A stretch of DNA of 32,000 nucleotides, taken from assembly GCA_964589775.1 (NCBI GenBank), contig CAZPUN010000007.1:1-32000 (forward strand). The letters are read 5' to 3'. Within the stretch, counting starts at the first letter, position 1, and each line of letters opens with the position of its first letter. The position numbers and the translations under genes are program-made. Source of the stretch: an uncultured archaeon (GTDB lineage Archaea > Asgardarchaeota > Thorarchaeia > Thorarchaeales > CAZPUN01). Of the stretch, positions 10,171 to 20,300 are shown one piece after another. The notes beneath the pieces are model-generated. The model was not told where the DNA came from. It saw nothing but the letters and a program-made list of their open reading frames with translations, and did not search any database.

Positions 10171-11280
10171 CTATCCCTGCCAAGTATGTTTAACCTTTCC
10201 AGTGATTCGCTTTAAACGAAACTTCCATAATTTCATGTCGAATAGACGCCCAAGTGCAAAATACCAACGCACATCCGGATCTTTTATTTTCCATTTCTTC
10301 CTTCGCGCTTCAAGGTACCCCTTTATTAAATCACCACCATTCTGCCTGCGCATAATCCGGTAAATCACACTAAGAAATACCAAGAGCGGATGATAGTTGT
10401 GATAATACATTAAACGCCCCTGCCGTCTTATCCCCTTAGAAGTTAATTGTGTTGTCGGTCGTGATTGATAAATAGGAATTGGCAAACTTTTAGATTTATA
10501 GCCCCAGATTCGGAATTTTACAACTGCATAGGAATCAATAACGACGTCAGGCATTAACTCCGGCTTAAATCTGAGAAATAGATTACCACGCATAAGGCGT
10601 CCGGAACCTACAGGAACAGGTTCAGTTCGTATCTTCGATTCCCCAATTATGAAACCGGAAACTGCTCCTAATGTCGTATCATTTTCCATCTCACGAACCA
10701 AAATTTTCAGATATTCTCCACAAAATGCAGTGTCCACATCAACCTTCAATACATAGTCAAACCGCTCATTTCGATCCTTTAGCCTCTTTACAACCTCACG
10801 CATTCCAAATCCAACAGTGTCTAAATCGCCCTTCTCCTTACGAGGCATATCTACTATTTCAAATTCTATCGGACTATTCTTAGCTAGCTCACGTATGACA
10901 TCTCCAGTATTATCTGTCGAACCATCATTTATCCAGATCCATTTTGCAGGTCTTAAACTCTGGTTCATAATGACATCGTAGATCTTCTTCACAGCTTCAG
11001 ACTCGTTATAAACATTTGTTATCACATAGACAACACTATTCGGAGCTTCCTCTTTGCATTCTTTCTCATACAAACATCCAAATTCACATAATTTCCAGCC
11101 TTTCTGTTTCAATTCATTTCTAGACACCATTTGAAATTTGCCTCTTGATTCTTCTTGTCGAATTCCAACAACTATCCGATTCCTTTTGAAATTCGTAAGT
11201 CCTGCGTTGCGAAAATATTCGAATACACCTAAATAAGATTGTCGGGTATCTTCATATTCGGCTGCTAAAGACCATATCAC
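10171..11280 (-). CDS. Glycosyltransferase family 2 (the true start may be ~50-70 codons downstream of 11280)
   Basis: ITNVYNE, WINDGSTDNT, DxD motif KVDVD, LGAVSG. The first ~80 aa lie outside the recognisable domain. Confidence 0.85.
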   Translation of the reverse strand: MIWSLAAEYEDTRQSYLGVFEYFRNAGLTNFKRNRIVVGIRQEESRGKFQMVSRNELKQKGWKLCEFGCLYEKECKEEAPNSVVYVITNVYNESEAVKKIYDVIMNQSLRPAKWIWINDGSTDNTGDVIRELAKNSPIEFEIVDMPRKEKGDLDTVGFGMREVVKRLKDRNERFDYVLKVDVDTAFCGEYLKILVREMENDTTLGAVSGFIIGESKIRTEPVPVGSGRLMRGNLFLRFKPELMPDVVIDSYAVVKFRIWGYKSKSLPIPIYQSRPTTQLTSKGIRRQGRLMYYHNYHPLLVFLSVIYRIMRRQNGGDLIKGYLEARRKKWKIKDPDVRWYFALGRLFDMKLWKFRLKRITGKVKHTWQG

Positions 11281-11293
11281 ATTACGCGTTCAG

Positions 11294-11389
11294 AATACTT
11301 TCGGTTATCCCTCACTATAAGCTTCCTATACGATAGACAGTACACTATCATTTAGAAAAATATCTAACAACCGAAAGTATTAGTATAAA
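11294..11389. promoter_or_regulatory. Divergent BRE/TATA-like elements forming a 13-bp perfect inverted repeat
   Basis: AATACTTTCGGTT (11294-306) and AACCGAAAGTATT (11369-81). ACCGAAAG followed by an AT-rich box resembles an archaeal BRE-TATA. Confidence 0.5.
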
Positions 11390-11391
11390 TC

Positions 11392-11753
11392 AGACGTGCC
11401 TCCCGTTCTCTCGCCATGCATGTCTAGAGTTGGGAGTTAAATGCTCCCCTTCTCGCCCCCGATCAATATTCCCCCCAACAGATGGAAAAATTAAAAAACC
11501 CCTTCACACGGAACACATGAATTGAAAGAATAGATCCCCTCTCCACTCCAATACCATAACCACATCCATTGAATAAGAACTCGCACACGGTTGTACTCCT
11601 ATGCGGGGATACAACAGCATATGCGGGATACGGCTATCTACGGATAGCACAATCCTTGCCATAATGCAGGGAACATATCAGAAAACGAAAAGGAAAGACC
11701 GGGCATACAACGACTCCAACAATTTCCGGTCTTTCTAATTTTAATTTATTTTT
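11392..11753 (+). ncRNA. Candidate structured non-coding RNA of unknown family
   Basis: GC-elevated intergenic island with six hairpins, G-U pairs on the + strand, a cUACGg tetraloop, and a final 10-bp stem with a U-rich tail. Confidence 0.5.
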
Positions 11754-12046
11754 CAAATATGTTTTATGGCATTACAAATTAAATTCATATGGAATTTGTT
11801 AAGGTTACTAATAATTTGATTTTTAGTTAATGAAGCGCCCAAAATATACTAAAGATAGGGTTAATTTTTAAAAAATTTTCTAGTGTTATGTTATTTATCA
11901 TAGGGGTATTAGAGCATAAAAAATAGTTAAGAGTTAATTTTAGGTTTTAATCAACTATTTTATAAAGCAATACATAAAATTCATATCTGAATGTAATTCA
12001 AGAATGCGTAGGACAAATTGGTTTCGAATGTGAAGGAGTCTTAGGT

Positions 12047-13165
12047 ATGCCAAAAAGAAAAAAGACACCATGGACATTGATTGCACTTATTCTATTTCTG
12101 GGTATGTCTATGGGAATAATTATCGGCTACTATTATGGATATGCCTCTGCTGAAGTTGGAGGCGAAGTTGTACTGACTATGGCATATGGTTCTGAAAAGC
12201 GAGGTTGGATCGAAGAAGTAGCTCCATTATTTAGGGAATGGTGGGCAGTACATCATCCGGATATTGGAATCAGACTTGTATTCACGCCAATGGGTTCTCG
12301 AGAGAGTATGATACAGATTTTTACAGGTCAGATGCAACCAGTGATATGGAGTCCTGCATCTTCTGTTTGGATCCCTTTATTAAATTGGCTATGGGAGAAG
12401 GAATATGGTACTAAAATTGTTACTTCTTGGAACTCAACGGTTGTTTCGCCGGTGGTAATCGCCACATGGAAAAGCTATGCTGTGCAGCACAATATCACTT
12501 CTGTTGCAGATCTTTACAGATTAGCAGCAGAACCAGATTCTGGATTGAAATATGCCCATACTAACCCTCTTCTTTCTAATTCAGGCTTTTCAGCCATGTT
12601 GATGGAAGTAGCCGCGGCTGCACATAAACCAGCCCAAAATCTTACCTTGGACGACTTGGCAAATTCAACAGTAAAAGATTTGGTTGCAACTTTAGAATCA
12701 AAAGCTGTATATTATGGGAAAAGTACAGGATTTTTATCCAGTCAAATGATTGAGGAAGGACCTGAAGGTTTAACTGTTGTATTCATTTATGAGAATCTCG
12801 TAATTGAGAAAAACCTTGCGGGAGAACCACAAGCTCGTTGGAATGATAGCCTAGTTGCCATATATCCAAAGGATGGTGTTGTTTTAAGTGACCATCCATT
12901 TGCGATTTTGAATGCGCCATGGGTAAGCCAAAAAGAAGCCGAAGCCGCAAGAGAGTTCGTAAAGTTTCTTCTTAGCCCTGAGGCTCAGTCTTTGGCAAGT
13001 AAGCATGGGTTTAGACCAGCAATTGCAGGCATAACTCCAGACCCAGATATATTTAATGAAACAAATGGCGTAAAATTCGATCCAAACCTGAATATATTAA
13101 TTCCGCCCTCGAATGGTGAAGTATTATGGCGGCTTCCAGACGTATGGATGGCAACCAAAGCATAA
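12047..13165 (+). CDS. ABC transporter substrate-binding protein (SBP_bac_11-like clade, usually vWA-associated)
   Basis: N-terminal TM anchor; YGSEK, WSPASS, SPVVIA, HTNPLLSNSG, YENLVI, IYP...SDHPF, GFRP; GGAG SD. Confidence 0.85.
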   Translation: MPKRKKTPWTLIALILFLGMSMGIIIGYYYGYASAEVGGEVVLTMAYGSEKRGWIEEVAPLFREWWAVHHPDIGIRLVFTPMGSRESMIQIFTGQMQPVIWSPASSVWIPLLNWLWEKEYGTKIVTSWNSTVVSPVVIATWKSYAVQHNITSVADLYRLAAEPDSGLKYAHTNPLLSNSGFSAMLMEVAAAAHKPAQNLTLDDLANSTVKDLVATLESKAVYYGKSTGFLSSQMIEEGPEGLTVVFIYENLVIEKNLAGEPQARWNDSLVAIYPKDGVVLSDHPFAILNAPWVSQKEAEAAREFVKFLLSPEAQSLASKHGFRPAIAGITPDPDIFNETNGVKFDPNLNILIPPSNGEVLWRLPDVWMATKA

Positions 13166-13186
13166 TGCAAGTATGAGGTGCAACAA

Positions 13187-14899
13187 GTGTATTCAATATC
13201 AGACTTGTTTTCACGGATAATTGCAAAAATTGAGAGAGAGTTCAGCAAGGAACGATGGAGTAAGACGGGAACATCAATAGCCATTGGGTTCTTTTTGATT
13301 GTAGTTCTTCTTCCTACAATATGGATTTTTGGAAGCGTTTTTCTGAATTTAAACGAGATCTACCGCTGGGTATTTGCGGATCCTATCATTGGGGACACTC
13401 GCTGGAACTTAATGACTGTGGCATTAATTCGTTCATTTGAAATCGCATTTATTGTTATGATTATTGACATTATTATCGGACTCCCGATGGCTTATTTTCT
13501 GTCTAGATATGAATTTCGCGGAAAGAACATTGTTGATGCGTTGATAGATCTTCCGCTTGCAGTTCCGACAAGTGCTCTCGGTTTCTCGATTTATCTTTTC
13601 TGGGGTTCAGCTAGTGGTCTCGGAGGACTTCTCGGTCTCGAAACGGGTATTTTTAGCATGGGCCCAATTTTAATTATTCTAGCTCATGTAGCATTTTCAT
13701 ATACATACGTAGTACGTTCATTGAAGGTTGTTATTTCAGACATTGATCCAATTTATGATGAAGCAGCCCGAACATTAGGAGCTCCTTCGTTTACCTCGTT
13801 TAGGACAGTTACCGGAGCCCTAATGAAGCCCGGTTTAATTGCAGGTGCAATTTTGGCGTTCACAAGGAGTTTAGGCGAAACTGGAGCCACATTAATCGTG
13901 TTTGGTGTCTTTGAAACTGCACCAATTCTTGTAATTTCATGGCGACAGATGCTGCTTATACCCCCCACAGCATTGTTAAGCTTGATTTTGGTTGCAGTTG
14001 GTGTCACGCTCACAACATTAATGAAGGTTGGTGCCAAAAGACTCGGATTCCCAATTAAAAAAGTCTGGCCAAGCGGAGAACGCCTCCTAAGCTCGCGTAT
14101 TGTTAGATATGCTCGTGATGGTATTTCAACCACTGCATTCTTATTATTGGTATTAATCCCTGCAACATTCACGCTTGTATATGTAGTTACATGGTGGGGA
14201 GGAAGCCCATGGACTGGAGACCCTACACTGGGTGTATTTTATCAGGTTTTTCTTTCACCAGATAGAAAGTTCTTATACTTGATAGTTGCAGTAATGAATT
14301 CTGTAGAGATTGCTGGTATTACTACTGTGGTAGACCTTGTTATGGGACTTCCATTTGCATTCTATCTTGTCAGAAGTAAAAACAAGAAAATCAAGAGTAT
14401 TCTCGATGCACTTGTAGATGTTCCACTTTCAGTTCCAACAGCGGCACTTGGATTTTCATTATTTCTATTCTGGGGTCCAAATGGACTTAACATATTTCGC
14501 CCGGGATTCTGGCTGATTGTCATGGTACATATTGCTTTTACATTCCCATACATGATCCGTCCACTTATGGCAGTTATTGAGAACTTACCAAAAGATTTTG
14601 AAGGCGCGGCTCGTATTCTAGGAGCCCCCAAATTAACGGCCTATAGAAAAATTGCGCTTCCAATGATCAATCAAGGCATTTTAGCATCGGGAATTATGGC
14701 TTTTATGAGAAGTCTGGGCGAAACCGGAGCTACAATTGTTGTTATGGGACTTACAAAAACCGTTCCCGTTCTTATAGTGGATTGGGTGGAATCTATGGCA
14801 CTCGGAGCTGCAGCTTTCGCCAGTGTAGTTCTTATTGGAATGTCGCTGGTATTACTAATAATCTTGAGACATACTCAATCATCGATAGGGAGGAAGTAA
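13187..14899 (+). CDS. ABC transporter permease with two fused CysT/ModB-like membrane domains
   Basis: Duplicated DLPLAVPTSALG / DVPLSVPTAALG, EAA loops EAARTLGA / EGAARILGA, and RSLGETGAT twice. GTG start at 13187 follows a GAGGTG SD. Confidence 0.9.
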   Translation: MYSISDLFSRIIAKIEREFSKERWSKTGTSIAIGFFLIVVLLPTIWIFGSVFLNLNEIYRWVFADPIIGDTRWNLMTVALIRSFEIAFIVMIIDIIIGLPMAYFLSRYEFRGKNIVDALIDLPLAVPTSALGFSIYLFWGSASGLGGLLGLETGIFSMGPILIILAHVAFSYTYVVRSLKVVISDIDPIYDEAARTLGAPSFTSFRTVTGALMKPGLIAGAILAFTRSLGETGATLIVFGVFETAPILVISWRQMLLIPPTALLSLILVAVGVTLTTLMKVGAKRLGFPIKKVWPSGERLLSSRIVRYARDGISTTAFLLLVLIPATFTLVYVVTWWGGSPWTGDPTLGVFYQVFLSPDRKFLYLIVAVMNSVEIAGITTVVDLVMGLPFAFYLVRSKNKKIKSILDALVDVPLSVPTAALGFSLFLFWGPNGLNIFRPGFWLIVMVHIAFTFPYMIRPLMAVIENLPKDFEGAARILGAPKLTAYRKIALPMINQGILASGIMAFMRSLGETGATIVVMGLTKTVPVLIVDWVESMALGAAAFASVVLIGMSLVLLIILRHTQSSIGRK

Positions 14900-14900
14900 A

Positions 14901-16004
14901 ATGAGTATCGAGCTGAAAAACGTTACAAAGATCTACGATAAAAGAGTCCTCGCCGTGGATAATGCAAGCTTTAGAATCGAGGAGGGAGAATATGCCTGCA
15001 TTCTTGGACCGAGTGGCTGCGGAAAAACAACGTTATTGAAGCTAATTGCAGGACTCATAGAACCTACAAAAGGCGAGATTTTGATAAGAGGTGTTCCGTC
15101 AGAAAAGGTTCCTCCCGAAGACCGTGGCATTTCGATGGTATTTCAAAATTTTGCAATTTTTCCACACATGGATGTTTATGATAATGTAGCTTTTGGTCCC
15201 AGACTGCAACACTTACACGAAGATGAAGTAGAAAAACGAGTGGAATGGGCTTTAGAACTCGTACATCTCGAAGAAAAAGCGGAATTCATGCCTGATGAGT
15301 TAAGTGCTCCGGAATTACAAAGAGTCGGTATCGCACGTGCTCTCGCAACTCGTTCTCAAATATTGTTACTTGACGAACCTTTAGGTGCATTAGACGAGAA
15401 AATTCAGATTGAATTCAGAAGAGAGATCAGACACATCGTAAAGCAGCTTGGTCTTACCTGTGTTCATATTACGCATAATCAAGAGGAAGCAATGGAGGTT
15501 GCAGACAAGATTATTCTTGTAAGAAAAGGGCGAATACAACAGGTAGGTGAGCCTATCGAGGTGTATAAGAAGCCGAAACGACCCTTCGTTGCAAACTTTC
15601 TTGGTGAAACGAATTTCTTGAGTGGTACAGTTATGGAATGTAATGATCCATGTGCAAGAATTAATATTCCGGCTCTTGGCGATATCTATGGAAGGACAAA
15701 TCGACATTTGGTTTCTGGAGAACGTGCATTATTGTCTTTCCGACATGAACATCTACTACCTGAACAATTTTATGAGGAAGGCGATAACGTATTTGAAGGG
15801 ATTATCAGAGATAGCGTATTTTCGGGCAGGTTTAGAATGTATGAGCTCGTATTAGAATCGAGAGACATAATTGAATCCAAAACACCTATTCTAATAGACC
15901 CTGATTATAAGATTGGAGACAAAGCGAAATTCATCGTCAAGCGTGAAGATATTCGAGTGTTTAAATATCCCGAAAACTTGAATGAGGAACTCGCTCTGGA
16001 GTGA
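14901..16004 (+). CDS. ABC ATPase 1 (PotA/CysA/MalK-like, TOBE tail) with a degenerate signature motif
   Basis: Walker A GPSGCGKTT, Q-loop VFQN, Walker B LLLDEP, H-loop ITHN; the signature reads LSAPE. Confidence 0.92.
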   Translation: MSIELKNVTKIYDKRVLAVDNASFRIEEGEYACILGPSGCGKTTLLKLIAGLIEPTKGEILIRGVPSEKVPPEDRGISMVFQNFAIFPHMDVYDNVAFGPRLQHLHEDEVEKRVEWALELVHLEEKAEFMPDELSAPELQRVGIARALATRSQILLLDEPLGALDEKIQIEFRREIRHIVKQLGLTCVHITHNQEEAMEVADKIILVRKGRIQQVGEPIEVYKKPKRPFVANFLGETNFLSGTVMECNDPCARINIPALGDIYGRTNRHLVSGERALLSFRHEHLLPEQFYEEGDNVFEGIIRDSVFSGRFRMYELVLESRDIIESKTPILIDPDYKIGDKAKFIVKREDIRVFKYPENLNEELALE

Positions 16005-16010
16005 TGCAAC

Positions 16011-17105
16011 ATGGTTACTTTAAGACTTGAACACCTAACTAAGAAATATAATAAAGTGGCAGTTGTTGATGATGTATCATTAACAGTGAATGATGGTGAA
16101 TATGTTGTAATTGCAGGTCCGACAGGTGCAGGAAAAACTACAACATTAAAAATGATTGCAGGCTTGATCACTCCAGATGCAGGACATATTTATTTTGATG
16201 ATGAAGATGTTACAGATATACCACCCGAAGACCGAAATGTAGGATTACTATTTGAGGAATATGCACTTTTTCCACATATGACAGTCCTAGAAAATGTACT
16301 TTATTCACCATATGTGAAGGATAAATTAAACGAAGAAGCGAAATTCGCAGCAATGGATATATTACGTATGGTATTACTAGATGATCGAGCGGATGCATAT
16401 CCACGTCATCTTTCAGGGGGAATGCAGCAGAGAACCGCATTAGCACGAACATTAATGGCAGGAGCTCAAATATTGTTACTTGACCAGCCACTTAGAGCTC
16501 TCGATGCTAGAATTCGCCAATCATTACGAAAAGAACTTAAACGACTTTCAAAAACTATGAAATTGACGGCACTACATCTCACAAATAGTACACAAGAGGC
16601 ATTGATCATTGCAGATAGAGTTGCAGTCATGAGACGGGGAAGAATTTTGCAAATTGGAACACCCATGGAAGTATATAACAAACCAAAAACACCCTTTGTG
16701 GCGTATTTCATGGGCGATACGGAATTTTTCGAAGGAGAACCATTAGAAAAACACGACGGCGAAATCATTTTTGATATTGAAGGCGAGAAAATCGCTATAG
16801 ACTACGAACAGGATATTCCAAGGGGAAAGCTACTCCTGGGAATTCGACCAGAGTATATTTATCTTTCAGAAAAGAAAATCGACAACGCAGTAAGTGGAAC
16901 CATCACAGAAGCGAAATTCTTAGGAGATACCGTCTATTATGAACTTGAACTCAATTCAGGACGAATCCTTGAAGTTCTTGAACCGGGAAAAACAGAGAAA
17001 TTACACGATATTGGCGAGAAAATCTACGCGAATCTTGATAGAAAACGGTTCTTTGTATTTCAGTATCCCAAAGAGGGATTAAAAGATGCACTCTCATTGA
17101 CATAA
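16011..17105 (+). CDS. ABC ATPase 2 (paralog) with a degenerate Q-loop, catalytic base and H-loop
   Basis: Walker A GPTGAGKTT and signature LSGGMQQR, but LFEE, LLLDQP and LTNS. Confidence 0.92.
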   Translation: MVTLRLEHLTKKYNKVAVVDDVSLTVNDGEYVVIAGPTGAGKTTTLKMIAGLITPDAGHIYFDDEDVTDIPPEDRNVGLLFEEYALFPHMTVLENVLYSPYVKDKLNEEAKFAAMDILRMVLLDDRADAYPRHLSGGMQQRTALARTLMAGAQILLLDQPLRALDARIRQSLRKELKRLSKTMKLTALHLTNSTQEALIIADRVAVMRRGRILQIGTPMEVYNKPKTPFVAYFMGDTEFFEGEPLEKHDGEIIFDIEGEKIAIDYEQDIPRGKLLLGIRPEYIYLSEKKIDNAVSGTITEAKFLGDTVYYELELNSGRILEVLEPGKTEKLHDIGEKIYANLDRKRFFVFQYPKEGLKDALSLT

Positions 17106-17243
17106 CACAACGCTCCATGCAAACCCTTATCCAAGACATATATGGACTTTTTTATTCTTTTATTATAAATAATATCTAAGATATATAGTTTTTAAAAAAT
17201 CGCAAAAACAAAGAAATATCCTTTGAATAATTCGTATTTACCC

Positions 17244-17269
17244 CCATAAAGTATTATGGATTTTATAAA
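17244..17269 (+). promoter_or_regulatory. Inverted repeat abutting a TATA box
   Basis: CCATAA-N4-TTATGG (17244-59) followed by TTTTATAAA (17261-69), ~60 nt before the 17329 start. Confidence 0.4.
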
Positions 17270-17328
17270 CATCACCGTAATCTCTATATTAGATATAATC
17301 CAAATATATTGTATATGGAGGGATTTTT

Positions 17329-20300
17329 ATGGAACCTCTAAGTTCAGTTATAATAGAAATTGAAGGATCCAATCTAAAGGTTACAAATAAATCAGAAGAT
17401 GTAAATGAAGAATTAATTCAGCAGGTAAATAAGATAATTCAATCAACATTGCAGCCGGAAAGTGTGAGTGACAAAATAGTAGGCATGTTAAATATTTCAG
17501 ATAGATATATTGTTATATACGCAAACTTGAGTGAAGAACGCATACGTGTGAGATATGTTGTTTTGAATTATGAAACATATAAAAAATTTGATTTTAATCC
17601 GTATATATTAATTGATTCCGTTGGAGAAAAAATTAACTCGAATGATGTATCTTTAGAAATTTCAGACTTAAAAGAAAAAATACCGAATGAGGATTTAGAG
17701 GCTGCGTTTAAGTATCCTGGAGGAAAAGATACAATTATATTTTTAATGGAGCACGCAATGAAATCTAAAGATCCAGAATATATAATTGGAAAAGAAAAGG
17801 CTCCAGCAAACACACTATTCAAAGCAATTTGTCATTTAATGCCCATATCCGAACGAAATAATTTTGCGTTTATCTCATACGCAAATAAACCAATAAAGAA
17901 TTATTTCAAATACTTATACACCTCAAAAGAAACATTTGTTAATTTCGATATAGAACTTGCAAAAGGATTAAAGACGATTACATTAGACGATTTTTCGATT
18001 AAGGCACCATCAGGAGCAAAAACAAAATATGGAAAGTTTTTGGCAGCTCTATTAGAACGAAATATGGATGATGCTGTTAAATTCATGTACGATATAAATG
18101 GAATAATACGAGCACGTACAGCAAGTTATAAAATATTAAAGAATATCCCAGATAATTATGTTGATTACATAAGGGGCATTAATACATTAAAGGCTGCAAA
18201 TTCTCCAGATGAAGCAATTAGTCGATTAAAGGGATTTAAATCAATCTATCTGGATTCAAGCCGTATTATAGATCTGATAAATAGAGCATGGAAATATTTT
18301 GAGGATGCTCAGAAGAATGAGGATTTGAAGATTCAAAATGTAGCAAACACACTATCCGATGTGTTGCGAAAACATATCTCAAATCTCAAAACTGTTGCAG
18401 CTCAGGAAGGAACAAACGAAAATGTGACAAAATACATAACAGAGGAGATAATACCGAAATTAGAAGTCTTGGTACCTATAAATGCAAAGGCAAGTCTTGG
18501 GTTGTTTTCAACCATATATGAAGAGTATATATCTGATAAATCATTTGGACTTTCAAAACCTATATTGGATATTGCATTATTTGTTATTAATACCTTCAAA
18601 AGCAGCGACGAATCAATTGTTGTTAAATTAAACCAAATGATGCTTCAAATATTGAACCAAGAAGATATTATAAGATACACACTTGAAACATCCAATTATC
18701 TTTCAATTCCAAAATTACTTATGGACGATACAGTGTTTTTGATGAACTCTTTGTTATCTATTGAAAAGAAAGTACAACTCGAAGTGAATCTAGGTCATTT
18801 TTCGGAAATCATTACAAAACATTTGAAAAACGGAAACATAGACGATTCAGTTGTTCGCAATATCACAATGAAAATAATAGACATCATAGTTTCATGGACT
18901 GCCAAAAGATTACAAGAAGATAAACCAGTCTTTGAACTATTTGATCCGACATTTGATTTGATTATAGCATATAATTTCAGTGATCAAATGACAGTAAATG
19001 AGAAGATATCTTTTGGAATCTTTGGTTGTAAAGTATCGATCATAGAACAGCACATACAAGCATTCGAAAAATACGTAAAGTTCTCCGTAGATGCAGAAAA
19101 CATCGAGATAGATAACATACACAAGAGCAGTTCATTCAGACAGTTGTTAAATATTTTAGATGAAATTACGGAACTAAGAACCATATTTAAGAGAGCAAAA
19201 GAAATTACTAATACAAAATTTGAATTTGAAAAGAAAGTTTCACCCGAATTTATAAATGAACAGGGCCTCAACTTGTTTAAATATATTTACAAATTATATG
19301 AGAAATCCGAAGAATGCAGATATCAGATACTATACAGATTTGAAAAATTATTGCCACATATACACTCGGATAATATTGATGATATTAAAGAAATAGTAAT
19401 AATGACACACAATGAAGCAATAAAACTCAAAAATAACAATTTAGATGACCGTGCAATATCATTGTTCAATATAGCACTAAGCGGTTTATCTAAAATTGAA
19501 GAGTATACCGCATACATAGAAATCGCAAATGAATTGATTCCAATTATCTCAAGTCCAAATGTTCTATCACAATACGCATTTCAGTTTATTGATTTATATG
19601 AAAAACTAACGGCTGAAACGCTAGTAAAATATCATGATCTTATCAAAAGTATCGTATATCGAATCTATCCAAGTAAGAAAGATTTGGCTCTATCAATTAT
19701 GCTGAAAGAACTTAATATACTAAAGATACTGAATCCAGACCTTTATTTTGAAACAATAAATTACAACATTACCCTATCTGTAAGTGATAATAAAATAGTT
19801 GCTAAATTATTTAATGAATTATTAAGCAGCCGAGACATTGATGCAAACCGTTTTATTACATTAACTGCCGAAACAATGATTAAAGCGTACAAGAACAACA
19901 AAGAAATTTTAGATTCAATTATTGAAGCAACTCTATTTTCCTTGATAACCCACAATGAATTTGATGATGCGCTAAAAATTCTTGATATTGTATTCTCAAA
20001 GATTCAGGATGCATTCAAAGATTTTGCAAGAGAGTATCTAAAAATCCTGCTTAGAGTTCCAATAAATACATTACTTATGTTTATAGATCGTGTTTTTGCT
20101 GCGAATGTCTCAGAGGCTACAATCATAAGTATTGCCTTACAAAAGAATGCAATTGATTCAAATAATATGGTATACGCGTTACCAATAACACAAAAGATAG
20201 GACTCTCAATCATTCCAGAAGCCTATACGGAATATATTCAGAATGTTAATGAAATTATAAACAATTTTACTCGAGTGGATTGTGAGGATTATATCAAATT

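Noticed and set aside
11398-11406. GCCTCCCGT as in the Moco/Tuco RNA motif, upstream of a ModB-like transporter
   Set aside because: The surrounding multi-stem junction and downstream GGAAAGG pairing are not evident, and it lies ~640 nt from the start codon. An Rfam scan would be needed to revive it.
11500-11528. GAATTGAAAG, similar to the 3' end of archaeal CRISPR repeats
   Set aside because: Single copy, no repeat-spacer periodicity and no cas genes in the window.
11691-11704. AGGAAAGACCGGGC resembles the RNase P RNA GAGGAAAGUCCGGGC motif
   Set aside because: It is the 5' arm of a local hairpin, and the downstream sequence is very AT-rich with none of the other RNase P conserved regions.
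11601-11738. 45-codon ORF (MRGYNSICG...FRSF) inside the structured island
   Set aside because: No SD and no recognisable protein features; RNA structure explains the sequence better.
11798-11943. Repeated GTTAA / GTTAATTTTTA words upstream of the ABC operon
   Set aside because: They could be regulator sites, but cannot be distinguished from chance in very AT-rich DNA.
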